NCBI GenBank assembly: GCA_964187785.1
Contig: OZ076410.1
Location: forward strand, 63,612,001 to 63,676,000
From: Amphiscolops sp. MND2022
Lineage: Eukaryota
DNA: 64,000 bases
Direction of reading: 5' to 3'
Position numbers and translations under genes: made by a program. Within the stretch, counting starts at the first letter, position 1; every line of letters begins with the position of its first letter. The notes below the pieces were generated by a model. That model worked only from the letters and a program-made list of their open reading frames with translations. It was not told where the DNA came from and made no database searches. Shown in pieces: positions 1 through 13,861 of the stretch.

Positions 1-1047
1 TACTACTACATCTTTTCACTTCATGTTTGAGAACTTCTAATTGGGTTTGGAAAGACGCACAAGTGAAACTCATGCCGAGATTTGGCAAAACAGACTATCT
101 CGACCTCAAGAGTTACCACCCTATCTCTCTAACGAGTTGCATCGAGACTTTTGTACAGGATCTTTGCTGACATCAGTAGAGCGAAATTTTTGAACCAGAA
201 AAAAATACTGGTCAACATCAACATAGAACATGCAATTGATTTTTCGATACGACAATAAAACTTTTCAGACTATATACAAACGGCGGGTCGCAAAGAGTGC
301 TGCAGCAGATTCATAATTATCTCTCAACCAGGAGAAATCGAATCATACTGGACAATACAAGATTGATCTTTGATTGCTGAATCAGAGTTCCTCAAGCCGT
401 TGTTCTGTCTCCCTTGATTTTCAAATCTTCATATCTGAAATCCAGAAACTCACGAAAGAGCTGACAGTGGACAAGTATCTTGATGATACTTCTTTATTTG
501 TCCCTGGGGATGATGCCGAAGCTTCATTACAACCGCAATCGCCAAGATGTTAGAATTGAAAGATTGGTGTTTCCAAAACTGCTTCAAACTCATTTAATCG
601 AAAATTGCTTTTTTAGCGATCAACTTCTCACCTTATGTAAAACAGCAATTAGATCTTTACGAACTTGAGTTGAAGTTTCTAAAGAAGAAATTGTCAATAC
701 CAGGGTAACGATCGGTAACTCGCGATCGACTTGCAAAACTGCAGCAATGAAAGACTGGATTAAATGGAACCTATTGAAACTTTTTAGTAAGAACTAGAAT
801 GGACTTAATCAGAAGTTAATATTGAAGTTGAAGCTGTAGAAAGCCACGATTGAACCAAAGATTAGTATGGACTTCCAGCTTGGTATCAGGACGATCTGAA
901 CCTAATCCATGTTGTCAGGAAATCCGTGATTCAAGCAGCCACTTGTGCGTTCTGTCACCCAGCTAACAATGTACTGGAATCAATAGCGGATTGCATCTTG
1001 ATTTACATCCTTGCCTAAGTTATCATTGTCTCACACTCTTTCGTGAA
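1..1047 (+). mobile_element. Degenerate non-LTR retrotransposon (LINE) reverse transcriptase remnant
   Basis: About 40-150 translates WKDAQVKLMPRFGKTDYLDLKSYHPISLTSCIETF, matching the LINE RT 'WK.A.V.P..K......SYRPISL.S' motif. Downstream frames are broken by many stops, with LELKDWCFQN as a further fragment. Confidence 0.7.
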
Positions 1048-1333
1048 TGTCTTGAATGGAGATTTATTTATTTATTAAGAATCGATGAGTCATTGCTTCA
1101 AATAATTGACTTCAAATTATAGTTCAAATTGTAAAATCATACATGTATCTTAGATGAATGCTATCCCCCGCATTTTGTAAACACTTTCACATGTGTCTTT
1201 GTTTTCCCGCATCCTGTGTGTTTTAATTGCTAAACACAAATTTTCCGTTCAAACCAATTTTCCTTTTTTATCATTTTTCGGCTGATGGAGCGGCCTGGTC
1301 CGCCTTTAGAAGAGTAGGGCTATCGATGAGACA
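1048..1333 (+). repeat. 5' LTR of BEL/Pao element, duplicated copy 1 (286 bp, TG...CA)
   Basis: Starts tgtcttgaatgg and ends gatgagaca. Homologous to 3703-3988 and 10377-10654. Followed by a PBS-like tggtcccccatagacccggat at 1339-1359. Confidence 0.85.
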
Positions 1334-3651
1334 CAATTTGGTCCCCCATAGACCCGGATATACGAACTTTGGACTTTCGAGAAGAAAATACTCTTTGTAA
1401 CTTTGTACCACAAGTTGGCCTTACAAAAGTAACACTCGATTGTCAAGTAACTGATTACCAAGTAGCTAACCTGCAAACCCTTCAACCTGCTAGTCTCAGC
1501 TTCATCCAGCCTTGATCTTCATTCTCCAGTTAGCTCTTTCCATTTTACAACTGAAAGGCTTTTCTTTTCTTCTACGGTAAAAAACTGTGTACCCCCTGAT
1601 ATCATTTGTCCTTTATCATTACCTCCTAAAATTTCGAATACAGATAGCCACATTTTTACGAGGTTTCTGATCGACATTCAGCTTACCCCTAGCAAACAGA
1701 AAACTTCGCTCATGATAAATGTTGTCGGTGCAAGTGCACTCTAACGAGCTTTACAAAACTTGGATTTTAATAACCAAAATACCCTTGGAAACTATATCAC
1801 AGCCATTCCTTCTTTGGATTTGAACCCCTATGCTCAAAGTGATACGCTCAAATTGTCTTTTCTACTGGATCATATAATTCGTAAAAAACGAATCAATTAG
1901 TTATTTGGCATGACAATCTGAATAACTCCTTGAATCCCCATAAATCAAATAACAATACACCTCTTACCCCAAAGGAACCAGCAACTGAATAGTTGAAAGA
2001 TAAATTACGTATAACAGCCTTAGTCTATTGTGAACGTATCGGTGCAACCAACGCATTTGATGATCTTCGTGATCAAGATTTCGTTAGTTATCGAGGCACA
2101 GAAAATCTTCTCTCTCGTAGAAAACAGAATGATATCCCTCATTTGAATGAGTATTCCCGACTTCAACCAGTAGCAGACATTGAATTGAAGTCTTTGTTCA
2201 TTGTTTCGGAGCATTGAAACAGTCTTAAAGCTTTATCTCAAAATACAAGAAGACCCGACAGGAGAGCTTCTCAATGGAAAAAAGGATTCAAGAAGCTTTT
2301 GAAGCAAACTTTTAAAAATTAACGTTAGAAGTTTTAATCTTATCCTGTGAGTTGAGTTCGATGTAGTCAATGGACGATTAGCTCAACGTTGGCCTATCCG
2401 ACTTGACTTTGAGGACTATTAATTTTCTTTGTTTTTCGTTGGCGCTAGTGTGGTTTAGTCATTTAGAAAAAGTCTATAACTGAAAGCAGTGGTTCCACAC
2501 AACCAGCCACTGACGATAGGAAACCTACTCGCATCATAGGTGGTCACAAATGTGCTTTCACTAGATTGGAACAAAACGTTGCTGATTTACGCTACTGCTA
2601 TTGCCTCTTCAACAAAATTATTTCAAGGTGAAGCTTTGCTAAAGACATTACAAGATAGAATTGCAATGATTCATAAAATTGATGCGGAGCTTGAACTATT
2701 GATACAAGATTAAAATGAGCTGGCCAATGAACTGGAACAGCTAACGGAGTTCCATGTTTCTGCTAGTGTCTAGTGTTACCATTGATAGGTTGCATGCTTT
2801 GATTGAGAATTACAGAAAAGAACGTGATAGACCTCCGCGTGAGTTTTCAACCAACCCTTCTTCATCAAATTCCGTTACATTGAGTAGAATGAAGCTTCCG
2901 AATCGTCAGCTACCAACATTCACTGGATCATACACTCACTGGATGATTTTTTCCGACCTATTCAAGGATTTCGTCGATTCTAAGTCCCATCTTTCCAATT
3001 CAGAAAAGCTGAACTTTTTGAAAGCTTGTGTAAAGGGTGAAGCAGCGAGAATAATTGGGTCAATCTCGATAACTGACGCAAACTACAATATTGCATTGAG
3101 GTTGTTAAAAGATCGATATGAAAATAAAAGGAGCGTCATTGAAGCTCATTTGCAAGCACTTTGGCCGCAGCCAGTTTTGAAAACTGAATCTGCTCTTGGA
3201 TTGAGAAAACATTTGGAACATACCATTGAGCATTTACGAGCATTTGTTGAACCTGGTCAGCAAGTAGAGCATTGCAATGCTATCTTAGTTTCTGTTCTGA
3301 CCAACAAAATTAATCCAGAGTTACGCAAATAGTGGCAGCTGGATAATCCAGGCACTGACATTTTGTGATTTGAAATATGGTCGAAATTCCTTGACACAAG
3401 AAGCCGTGCGCTCGAATCGGGTGGCACAAGTGTCACGCCGCAATCAAGTGTGACACCTCCCTGCAACCAAGGGAACCAAACACTGACCAAAAGGGTTCAG
3501 AATTATGCTGTTCAAGGCTCATCGTGTGAATCTTGCCAGGAGGATCGTCGCCTTTACGCTTGTTCACAATCCAAAGAAATGTGTCTTGCTGATAGACATA
3601 AACTCGTTAAAGTCAAAAAACTTTGCATTAACTGCTTCTAATCAAGACAAT
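1048..3651 (+). mobile_element. Truncated BEL/Pao copy (LTR + leader + gag to first CCHC knuckles) created by tandem duplication
   Basis: DUF1759-type gag (KLPNRQLPTFTGSYTHW...EKLNFLKACVKGEAARII) at 2754-3332. It breaks off in the zinc knuckle region at about 3650. Confidence 0.9.
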
Positions 3652-5249
3652 CTCGATACACATCCTTGCCTGAGTTATCATTGTCTCACACTCTTTCGTG
3701 AATGTTCTGAATGGAGATTTATTTATTTATCAAGAATCGATGAGTCATTGCTTCAAATAATTGACTTCAAATTATAGTTCAAATTGTAAAATCATACATG
3801 TATCTTGGATGAATGCTATCCCCCGCATTTTGTAAACACTTTCACATGTGTCTTTGTTTTCCCGCATCCTGTGTGTTTTAATTGCTAAACACAAATTTTC
3901 CGTTCAAACCAATTTTCCTTTTTTATCATTTTTCGGCTGATGGAGCGGCCTGGTCCGCCTTTAGAAGAGTAGGGCTATCGATGAGACACAATTTGGTCCC
4001 CCATAGACCCGGATATACGAACTTTGGACTTTCGAGAAGAAAATACTCTTTGTAACTTTGTACCACAAGTTGGCCTTACAAAAGTAACACTCGATTGTCA
4101 AGTAACTGATTACCAAGTAGCTAACCTGCAAACCCTTCAACCTGCTAGTCTCAGCTTCATCCAGCCTTGATCTTCATTCTCCAGTTAGCTCTTTCCATTT
4201 TACAACTGAAAGGCTTTTCTTTTCTTCTACGGTAAAAAACTGTGTACCCCCTGATATCATTTGTCCTTTATCATTACCTCCTAAAATTTCGAATACAGAT
4301 AGTCACATTTTTACGAGGTTTCTGATCGACATTCAGCTTACCCCTAGCAAACAGAAAACTTCGCTCATGATAAATGTTGTCGGTGCAAGTGCACTCTAAC
4401 GAGCTTTACAAAACTTGGATTTTAATAACCAAAATACCCTTGGAAACTATATCACAGCCATTCCTTCTTTGGATTTGAACCCCTATCTCAAAGTGATACG
4501 CTCAAATCGTCTTTTCTACTGGATCATATTATTCTTAAAAAACGAATCAATTAGTTATTTGGCATGACAATCTGAACAACTCCTTGAATCCCCATAAATC
4601 AAATAACAATACACCTCTTACCCCAAAGGAACCAGCAACTGAATAGTTGAAAGATAAATAAATTACGTATAACAGCTTTAGTCTATTGTGAACGTATTGG
4701 TGCACCCAACGCATTTGATGATCTTCGTGATCAAGATTTCGTTAGTTATCGAGGCACAGAAAATCTTCGCTCTCGTAGAAAACAGAATGATATCCGTCTT
4801 TTGAATGAGTATTCCCGACTTCAACCAGTAGCAGACATTGAATTGAAGTCTTTGTTCATTGTTTCGGAGCATTGAAACAGTCCTAAAGCTTTATCTCAAA
4901 ATACAAGAAGACCCGACAGGAGAGCTTCTCAAAGGAAAAAAGGATTCAAGAAGCATTTGAAGCAAACTTTTAAAAATTAACGTTAGAAGTTTTAATCTTA
5001 TCCTGTGAGTTGAGTTCGATGTAGTCAATGGACGATTAGCTCAACGGTGGCCTATCCGACTTGACTTTGAGGACTATTAATTTTCTTTGTTTTTCGTTGG
5101 CGCTAGTGTGGTTTAGTCATTTAGAAAAAGTCTGTAACTGAAAGCAGTGGTTCCACACAACCAGCCACTGACGATAGGAAACTTACTCGCATCATAGGTG
5201 GTCACAAATGTGCTTTCACTAGATTGGAACAAAACGTTGCTGATTTACG

Positions 5250-8200
5250 CTACTGCTATTGCCTCTTCAACAAAATTATTTCAAGGTGAAGCTTTGCTAA
5301 AGACATTACAAGATAGAATTGCAATGATTCATAAAATTGATGCGGAGCTTGAACTATTGATACAAGATTAAAATGAGCTGGTCAATGAACTGGAACAGCT
5401 AACGGAGTTCCATGTTTCTGCTAGTGTCTAGTGTTACTATTGCTAGGTTGCATGCTTTGATTGAGAATTACAAAAAAGAACGTGATAGACCTCCGCGTGA
5501 GTTTTCAACCGACCCTTCTTCATCAAATTCCGTTACATTGAGTAGAATGAAGCTTCCGAATCGTCAGCTACCAACATTCACTGGATCATACACTCACTGG
5601 ATGATTTTTTCCGACCTATTCAAGGATTTCGTCGATTCTAAGTCCCATCTTTCCAATTCAGAAAAGCTGAACTTTTTGAAAGCTTGTGTAAAGGGTGAAG
5701 CAGCGAGAATAATTGGGTCAATCTCGATAACTGACGCAAACTACAATATTGCATTGAGGTTGTTAAAAGATCGATATGAAAATAAAAGGAGCGTCATTGA
5801 AGCTCATTTGCAAGCACTTTGGCCGCAGCCAGTTTTGAAAACTGAATCTGCTCTTGGATTGAGAAAACATTTGGAACATACCATTGAGCATTTACGAGCA
5901 TTTGTTGAACCTGGTCAACAAGTAGAGCATTGCAATGCTATCTTAGTTTCTGTTCTGACCAACAAAATGGATCCAGAGTTACGCAAATAGTGGCAGCTGG
6001 ATAATCCAGGCACTGACATTTTGTGATTTGAAATATGGTCGAAATTCCTTGACACAAGAAGCCGTGCGCTCGAATCGGGTGGCACAAGGGTCACGCCGCA
6101 ATCAAGTGTGACACCTCCCTGCAACCAAGGGAACCAAACACTGACCAAAAGGGTTCAGAATTATGCTGTTCAAGGCTCATCGTGTGAATCTTGCCAGGAG
6201 GATCGTCGCCTTTACGCTTGTTCACAATCCAAAGAAATGTGTCTTGCTGATAGACATAAATTCGTTAAAGTCAAAAAACTCTGTATTAACTCATTCCAAT
6301 CAAGACAATCGTCTAATGCGTGCCCACCTAAGTTCAGTTGCCGCGAGTGCAAAATGAAACATCACACCTTGCTTCATCGACCTCAGAAACAGCTTCCTGA
6401 TCATCACACCTTTACGAAGACTTATTCAAGTGTGAATTCAAGTTCCAACAAAATGGAATCTTCTAAGCAATTCACCACAGGACCCTTTAGGCTGACAATG
6501 AAATAAAGACTGTTCTTCTTTCTACATCTCTTGTAACAATTCAAGTTTCGTCGGGAGACGCGATCAAGCTGCGGGCTCTCTTAGATTTCAGTTAGCAAGC
6601 CAGTTTCGTAACAGAAGATGTTGCAAAGGCACTCATGCTGCCAACTCAGCGCAGCTACAAAATATTTCTTCCATGAGTTCTTCCCATTCTCAAGAGACTC
6701 GAGGCTTATTGCCAGTGAAGTTGAATGATAATATCGAAGTTAATCTTCATCTCATACCAAAAATCTCAATTATCATTCCCGATAAATAAATCGACGTTTC
6801 GACCATACGCCATGTGAACAATCTAACCTTAGCTGATCCCACTTTCAACGTTCCAAATAAGCTTGTGCATTCGGGATTCTCTGTTCGGTTGGGTTGTGTC
6901 TGGTCCTGTGTATTCGTCTGGCAGTAACAACGTTGTGTCCCACATGAATACCACTACAAATTGTGTCTCTGACCAACAAACTCCTTTTGAAATCTAGGAA
7001 ATAGAAAGTGTCCCTGAAACTAGACACTAAACTTCGGATGAGCTTCGTTGTGAAGAGCATTTCAAAAGCACTACTAGACGCAATGAAAATGGATGTTTTT
7101 TAGTACAAATGCCATTCAAGGATGGACCCCACAATTTAGGTCTCTCAAATGTGAACGCAATGAAGCGTTTCATTCGTCTTGAATAGACTTTGCGACTTTG
7201 CGTCGATAATGTCGACTTTTTTTGAAACGAAAGAAATCAACTTTCAATCAAGAATTCATTGTCCTTCGACACTTGGAGAAAGTCCAACTTGGGGAGAATA
7301 TTTAATCTCGAAACTTCTACTTGCCTCATCATTGCGTGCTGAAAAAAGACAATACAACCACGCTAGTGCTAAAACGACAACTGGTTTTTCACTAAATGAT
7401 TGTTTGCCAGTTGGTCCCAAACTTCAAGATGATTTTTTTAATCTTCTCGTGCGATTCCGTCTCTTCAAGATTGCTTTATCAGCTGATGTAGCGAAGATGT
7501 ATCGGCAAGTTGAGCTGGATAAAGCCGATTGAGACATTCATCGGATCCTTTGGAGATATACAGCTAATGGTCCGGTTAAAAGTTTACGCATGACCCGAGT
7601 TACTTACGGCGTAGCTTCCTCATCGCATCATTTAATCCGGTCTTTCCGAGAATGTGCCAATCCACTATGTGCAAAGAGCTATATTGAGAGGTTTTTATGT
7701 TCGATGAAGCTCGAATACTCCAAATGCAATTATTAGAAACGTTTAAACGAGGAAGATTCCATCTCCTCAAGTGGACATCGAACGCATCAAGCATTATTTT
7801 AGACCTTCCGCCGGAGTACGGCGTAGCAAATGATAACATGGAGTTTTTAGACCAAGACCATACAATAAAAACGCTCGGTACTGTTTGGCAACACAGCAAA
7901 GATCGCTTCGTTCTTTTGTTTTCAAAAAATACCACATGGAAAAGGAAAACTTTGAAGCAAAGGTTTTGACCAAAAGACAAATGCTCAGTGACATTTCAAA
8001 GACTTTCGACCCATTGGGTTTGTTATCACTAGTTACCATTTTCTTGATACAGTGAATGCAAAGGGCTTGGGAAGCAAAACGTTCATGAGATGATCACCCT
8101 CCCTTCTGAACTTGCCGACCATTATTTGAAGTAGAGGTCAAAATTGATCTCTTTTAGGGTTGTAGAATTGCAACAATTCTAATTGCTTGATGTATTTTCG

Positions 8201-10240
8201 GACAAAATTGAATTGCATCTCTTCTTTGATGCATCAGAAAGGGCTTATGCCGCCTTTTTTTTTGTTGCCACAGATTTTCACGGCTGATGGAAGTCATCCC
8301 TCCTTGTTGCCAAAACCAAGGTAGCCCCCGTGAAAACACAATCTGTTCCAAAATTAGAAATATGTGCTGCTCTGCTAGCCACTAGGTTATATCAACCTGT
8401 TATCAAATCTATTGCTCAAACGCCAGTTGTTAATGAAGAAACCTTCGCGTAGACTGATTCAACAAAAGTTCCGTGTTGGTTGTCAAAAGAACCATCTCGC
8501 TAGTCAACTTTTGTTTCAAACGGAATTAGTGAAATTCGAAGTGAGAACAAATTGAATTGGAATCATGTGTGCTTCGAGGATGGAGACTCCTGCGGATCCT
8601 GCGTCTCGAGGAATTAACCGTGACAAACGACATCAACATGACTTATGGTGGAATGGTCCGGAGTGGTTAATAACAGGGGAAATTCCGAAATCATTGTCAA
8701 TTGTTGAAACATCTGGAGAGTTGAAAAAGTCGACACTATCAACAGGAATAACCAGTCTTCATGCCTCTGTGGCTCACAGGATACCAAAAAAGATGTTATT
8801 GATTTGTCGAGGTTTAACTCCCTATGCAAAGTACTCCGAATTCTTGCTTACGCTAGACGTTTTATTGACAAAGTGAAGAACGTGGTTGTTTTATCGAGTT
8901 ACATTACAGCCCCAGTGGTAACAGAGTCAATCATAATTTTAATTCGCCAAGAACAAACGAAACGATATTCGCAAGAAGTCCAAACTCTAGAAATTGCACA
9001 ACAAGTAAAACCTAAGTGTCAAATATGTAAATTATACCCCTTTCTCGATAAAGGTATTCTTTGTGTTGGAGGAAGATTAGTACATACAAGGTTGCCCGAA
9101 GAAAGCAAATTTCAAAAACCAATTCCTCAAGACAACCACCTCGCAAGCCTAGTTGTATTGAACTCTCACCAGCTAACACTCCATGGTGGGAATAGCCAAA
9201 CAATCGCCAATATTAGAACTCATTTCTGGTCTGGAATCCCAGTTGTAGAAAATGGTTCGAAAACTGATAACGAATTGTGTCATTTTTAATCGCTTCAACT
9301 TGAAGCCAGTTTTCCACTTGATGGGAGATCTTCCAAAAGCAAGAGTTCACCCTCCTCTAAAGGCCTTCGAGGACGTAGGCCTAGACTTTGCTGGTCCTTT
9401 GCTTTGTAGGAAATCTCCAAATTCTCCTAAAAAATCCTACTTAGCGCTTTTTGTGTGCTTTTCCAGTAATGCAGTTCGTCTGGAACTAGTCTCTGATCTT
9501 AGTACAACAGCATGTATTGCAGCCATTAGAAGATTCGTTTCTCGCAGAGGTTCTCCTAAAAATATTTATGGTGACAATGGGAAAATATTTGTTGGTTCGG
9601 AGAAAGAAATAGCAGACAGGCAAAAAATTTTATGGAATGAACACTGTGACTCCTTGCAGGCTGAAGCTGCAGGCTTGCACATCAACTGGTTCTTCATCCC
9701 GCCAAGAGCTCCTCACTTTGGTGGCCTATGGGAATCAGCAATCAAGTGCGCAAAGATACATCTCCGAAACGATTTGGGATACAAAATTCTCTCCTTAGAA
9801 GAATTATGTACTGTACTTTGTCAAAGTGAAATGATTTTGAATTCAAGACCAATCTGCCCTTTATCAGAAGATCGAAATGACGAGTTTTTCTTAACACCCG
9901 TGAGCCGGACTACTAATGATTTGAAAAATCCTGACTGTACACATTCACCAACGAAAAGATGAACACAAATACAGAATAAAGTCTCTCAAATTTGGAAAAG
10001 ATGGGTCAAAGTATCTGTACTTTCGCTACAAGAAAGAAAGAAATGGAGACTGGAAACTTCTAACTTGAAAGTTGGTGATATTGTTTTTGTAATTGATGAC
10101 AACGTTCCCCCACTGCAGTGGCCATTAGCTTGAATCCAACATGTCTACACCGGCCCAGACAAATTTGTGAGAGCTGTAAAAGTAAAAACAGCTACAGGAA
10201 TCTACAATCGACCGGTGCATGAATTGAAGAAAATGTTTGA
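5250..10240 (+). pseudogene. BEL/Pao gag-pol polyprotein pseudogene (multiple stops and frameshifts)
   Basis: ORF fragments 5412-5990, 6108-6506, 7179-7532, 7697-7969, 8565-8876, 8804-9289 and 9252-9962 carry successive BEL domains in different frames. Confidence 0.9.
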
Positions 10241-10376
10241 TGCTAATTTCAATGATGATTTCATATGACTTGGTTCCCTTACCTTATATTTCTCTTACTG
10301 TGCCTTATTTCATTGCGCTTGCGTGTTTAACGCTCTTGTTAATTTCTTCCCAGCGAAATCAAGGAAGGCGGTGTTA

Positions 10377-10654
10377 TGTTTTGAATGGACTTCAATTTGA
10401 AATGGATGAGTTATTGCGTCAAATAATTGACCTCAAATTATAGTTCAAAATATTAATGTTATACATGTATCTTGGATGAATATTTTCCCGCATTTTCTAA
10501 ATACTTTCACATGTGTTTTTCGTTTTCCCGCATCATGTCTGTTTTAAATGCTAAACACAAATTTTCTGGAATTTAAAATTTTTCTTATTTAACATTTTTT
10601 TGCTGATTGAGTGGCCTCGTCCGCCTTTAGAAAAGTGGGGCTATCGTTGAGACA
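10377..10654 (+). repeat. 3' LTR of BEL/Pao element
   Basis: tgttttgaatgg...cgttgagaca, roughly 80% similar by eye to the 5' LTR. No matching TSD (gtgaa vs aagcg). Confidence 0.85.
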
Positions 10655-13600
10655 AAGCGATGAAGGGTAATCATTCACCAAAAATCGATCACATTTTGCT
10701 GAACTCAGACGAGTTTTGTCCTGGAAACTCGAAGTTGGAACATCCCGCTTAGTGCCCCTTAAACAATGTTGTCTGACACTACTGTGAAAAACAAATAGAT
10801 CATAAAATCTGCGAACTTTTGAGTGCTTCACTCCTCTCGAAAACTAATATCAGCAGATCGACAGAGGTTATCATTTTCCAATTTTTCACTGGACACTGTC
10901 AGATGAAAAGATTTCCCTACAAAACCTGGAAGGCCGAATCAGGTGTGTATGAGTATATATCAGAAGTAGATTTTGAAACTTCTATTAAATAGTTTAAAGT
11001 TGAGTTTGAAACTTGAGAAACAGCCGTGGTGATCCCATTATTGCTGGTCATTGCAGCAAGCTCGTTACATCATTCTTTTGAGAAGTGGGAAAACATTTTA
11101 AAACGAGACCTCAGAAGGGAAGAGATTGCAGTCCCTGGGCTTAGTCTGAACCCTGGTGCATCGAACCACAGAAAAACTGTCCAATATCTGGTCGAAAAGT
11201 GATTTTTCCATACAACGAAAAATTTCGATTGTGGCACGACGTAAAGCACAACTTTATGTCGCCCCAAACTATCACTGTCCACTAAGTGAAAGTGAACTGA
11301 CTAAACAGATCACGAAACTAGAAAACTGTCAATGTGTGGTATACTGTCCCCCGAAAGATTCCCCAAAAATCTACCACCTTCTGAAAAAGATGAAAATACC
11401 TGTGCTTCACGTCTCACGTGAATTTTTCTCACAAAGGAAGTGACAGGACAGAAAACTTTTAGCGAATAACGAGGCTCTTCATCAAGAACCAGCTTTTGAA
11501 ATAAAAGCGTTAAGCATCATCAGAAAACATAATTTGCAACTGAGGCAGCTCATCAAAAGGAAAAAGAAGCCATCGTCTAAGAAACGGAGGGGAGAAGGAA
11601 CTAACACGATAACCGGTGAGTCCACTTTCTCCATCTGTTTGGTTTTGTAACTGCTGTTGTTGGGTCATTGATTCAGTTCGGCCTGCCTAAGCCAAACTGA
11701 TTACAAAATTGAACAAGAACTGTGAAACTTGCAAACGCAAGAATAATCAAAATGAGAAAACCTATCAATGCATTGGATGCAACTGATTCATGCCTCTTGA
11801 ACCTTCGAGTACCGGCCTTTCGAATTTAACCTCAAGTGGAATAAAAAAACAAATCGGGCTCAGTTGCATGTGCAACACTATGCACTATGTGTGTTACTAT
11901 GCAACACCTGTAATGAAAACAATGAAAGAAATAACATCATTAAAAGTTGGACAATACACAAAGCGATCGAACATGTCTAAGCCTTCCAAATTGAAAACAA
12001 ACTGGAATCGCTTGAGTCGAAACTAACTTCCTTGATTGACAAAAAAGGAGGAGAAGTCTTCTTGAAATTCTCCTGGAAAGATATCCAAAACAGCTATAGC
12101 GAGGTAGCGGGAAAAACGTTTAAATCGTTTCTAACAGGAGACCCTTGCCTGAATCAGATCATAAACAAATCCTGAACCACAGCATCTCATCCACAACAGT
12201 CTGAGAATACATAGGATCCCCGAAGATCTCGATGAAACGAAATATGAAATTCTTGTCCCAACCACCGAAAAGGTTAACGAAATACAGACAAAAATTAGCG
12301 TTGACACAAAAGTCAAAAAATTGAGAAGACTTGGAAAGTTTGACAAAGAAAGAAAGAAGTCCAGGATTGTCCATTGTCCTTGTTTTCTTCAACACGGAAG
12401 ACGAAGCACGCTTGGTGCTAGCAAAAAGCTATGAGGTATGTACTGAACTCGAAGATGAGAACGTTCCTTGGAGCCTATGCTGTCAAGGGAAGAAGCTTTG
12501 AAAGAAAATCTGCGTTTGAAGATGCGGAATGGATTGATCAACAACCGTGTACCATCTGACGAAGTGAAAATACGGAAATGTAAACTAAATAACGTAAGAA
12601 AGAAGTTCCTTCTGATTGATGAAAACGAATAGAAACTGACTAACTAATCTACAAGAACATGCTGTTACTGAATACTCGAGGACTTTGGAAAGCAGAAAGA
12701 AGAGAAAAAATTTTAAACGCAATTCTTTTGAGCGAGTAATTTAACGTTTGTTTGTGTGAGACGTGGTTGGATGAGGGTGTGTCAGACTCTAAACTACAAC
12801 TGTAAGAGAGCAAACTTTATCGAGCAGGCAGACCGTCTGCTAACAGCTCGCTTCACCAACGAGTTCTTTCATTTACTTTTCAAAAATAGCACACACACTT
12901 TAAGACATTCGAAACAAAAGATCGGTTCTGACAAACTTTGGTGTTTCAAGGTTCACAATTCGAAGTAATTCAACAGACCTGGACATCACCAAGTCCAGAT
13001 ACCGTAACAAATTTCCCCCAGTACTTTTCAAAAAAACAGCTGTTGAAATGAGTGCTACCATGAACAAACTATTCAAGAATGGAAACAGGCCACAAAACAT
13101 CCTAGATGTTGGAAAGATGCTACTATCGTGCCCTTCTACAAGAAAGGCGACAAACAATTAGTAAAGAACTACAGACCAGCGTCGCTTCTGATAATAACAG
13201 CAAAGTTGTCGGAAAACGCTCGTATGATCCCCTCTATCTCCTTTTCTCTTTCTTTCTTTCCAGAAACCAGCACGGATTTCACAGTGGAAGATCAGTTCAG
13301 TCAAACATGCCGAAAATCTTGAAAAGCATACATGAAGAGTTGAACAAACGTTCTAGCGATACATTAGTCGTGTTTCACACCGGAAAAGTGTTTGACGGAG
13401 TACCGCATTATGAGTTGCTAAAGAAAGTGAGTGCAATTAGCACTTGAGGCTGCTTTCTCGATATTCTTTGTGACTACTTGAAACGACGAACCCAGCACGT
13501 TAGAGTTGGGAACACTATAACTCTTCCATTAGAAATTGCAAGTGGAGTGCTCCAAAGATCTCTCGTGCGTCACTTTTTGTTCTGTATTTTCATAAACGAC

Positions 13601-13861
13601 CTTCCCGAATCACTGAAATTTATTGATCCCTACATATTTGCGGATAATCTAAAAAAATCAGCTGTTGCGAAGACACAAGAGCAACAACAATCCGACTTGG
13701 AAGCTATTTAGAACTGGGTTGTCATTGATGGAATGAGCTTGGCTCCGAAAAAATGCGACAAACTTGAGTTCAGACGTACAAATTATCTATAGAAAGTTGG
13801 TAACATCAGTTTTGAGGATACAGAAGAAGTCGAAGACCTTGGTATCTTTGTGAAAGAAGGT

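Larger units (their letters stand above)
995..6310. repeat. Head-to-tail tandem duplication, unit about 2.66 kb (995-3649 / 3650-6307)
   Basis: Near-identical sequence at offset 2655-2658 (ORFs 2754-3332 vs 5412-5990). The junction at about 3650 has ATC microhomology (gcATCttgatttacatcc / caATCtcgatacacatcc / caATCgtctaatg). Confidence 0.95.
3703..10654 (+). mobile_element. BEL/Pao LTR retrotransposon, full-length but decayed
   Basis: LTRs at 3703-3988 and 10377-10654, PBS-like 3994-4014, purine tract aaggaaggcgg before the 3' LTR. Domain order is gag (DUF1759, triple CCHC), protease (RALLDFS*QASF at about 6570), RT (GPKLQDD...ADVAKMYRQV), RNase H/A17 (LHLFFDASERAYAA), integrase (GLDFAGP...DNG...APHFGGLWESAIK), DUF5641-like tail (NLKVGDIV...WPLA). 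Confidence 0.95.

Noticed and set aside
10655-11500. APE endonuclease-like fragments (KIDHILLNS; CVVYCPP)
   Set aside because: The motifs are too short and out of expected order to assign to the adjacent LINE with confidence.
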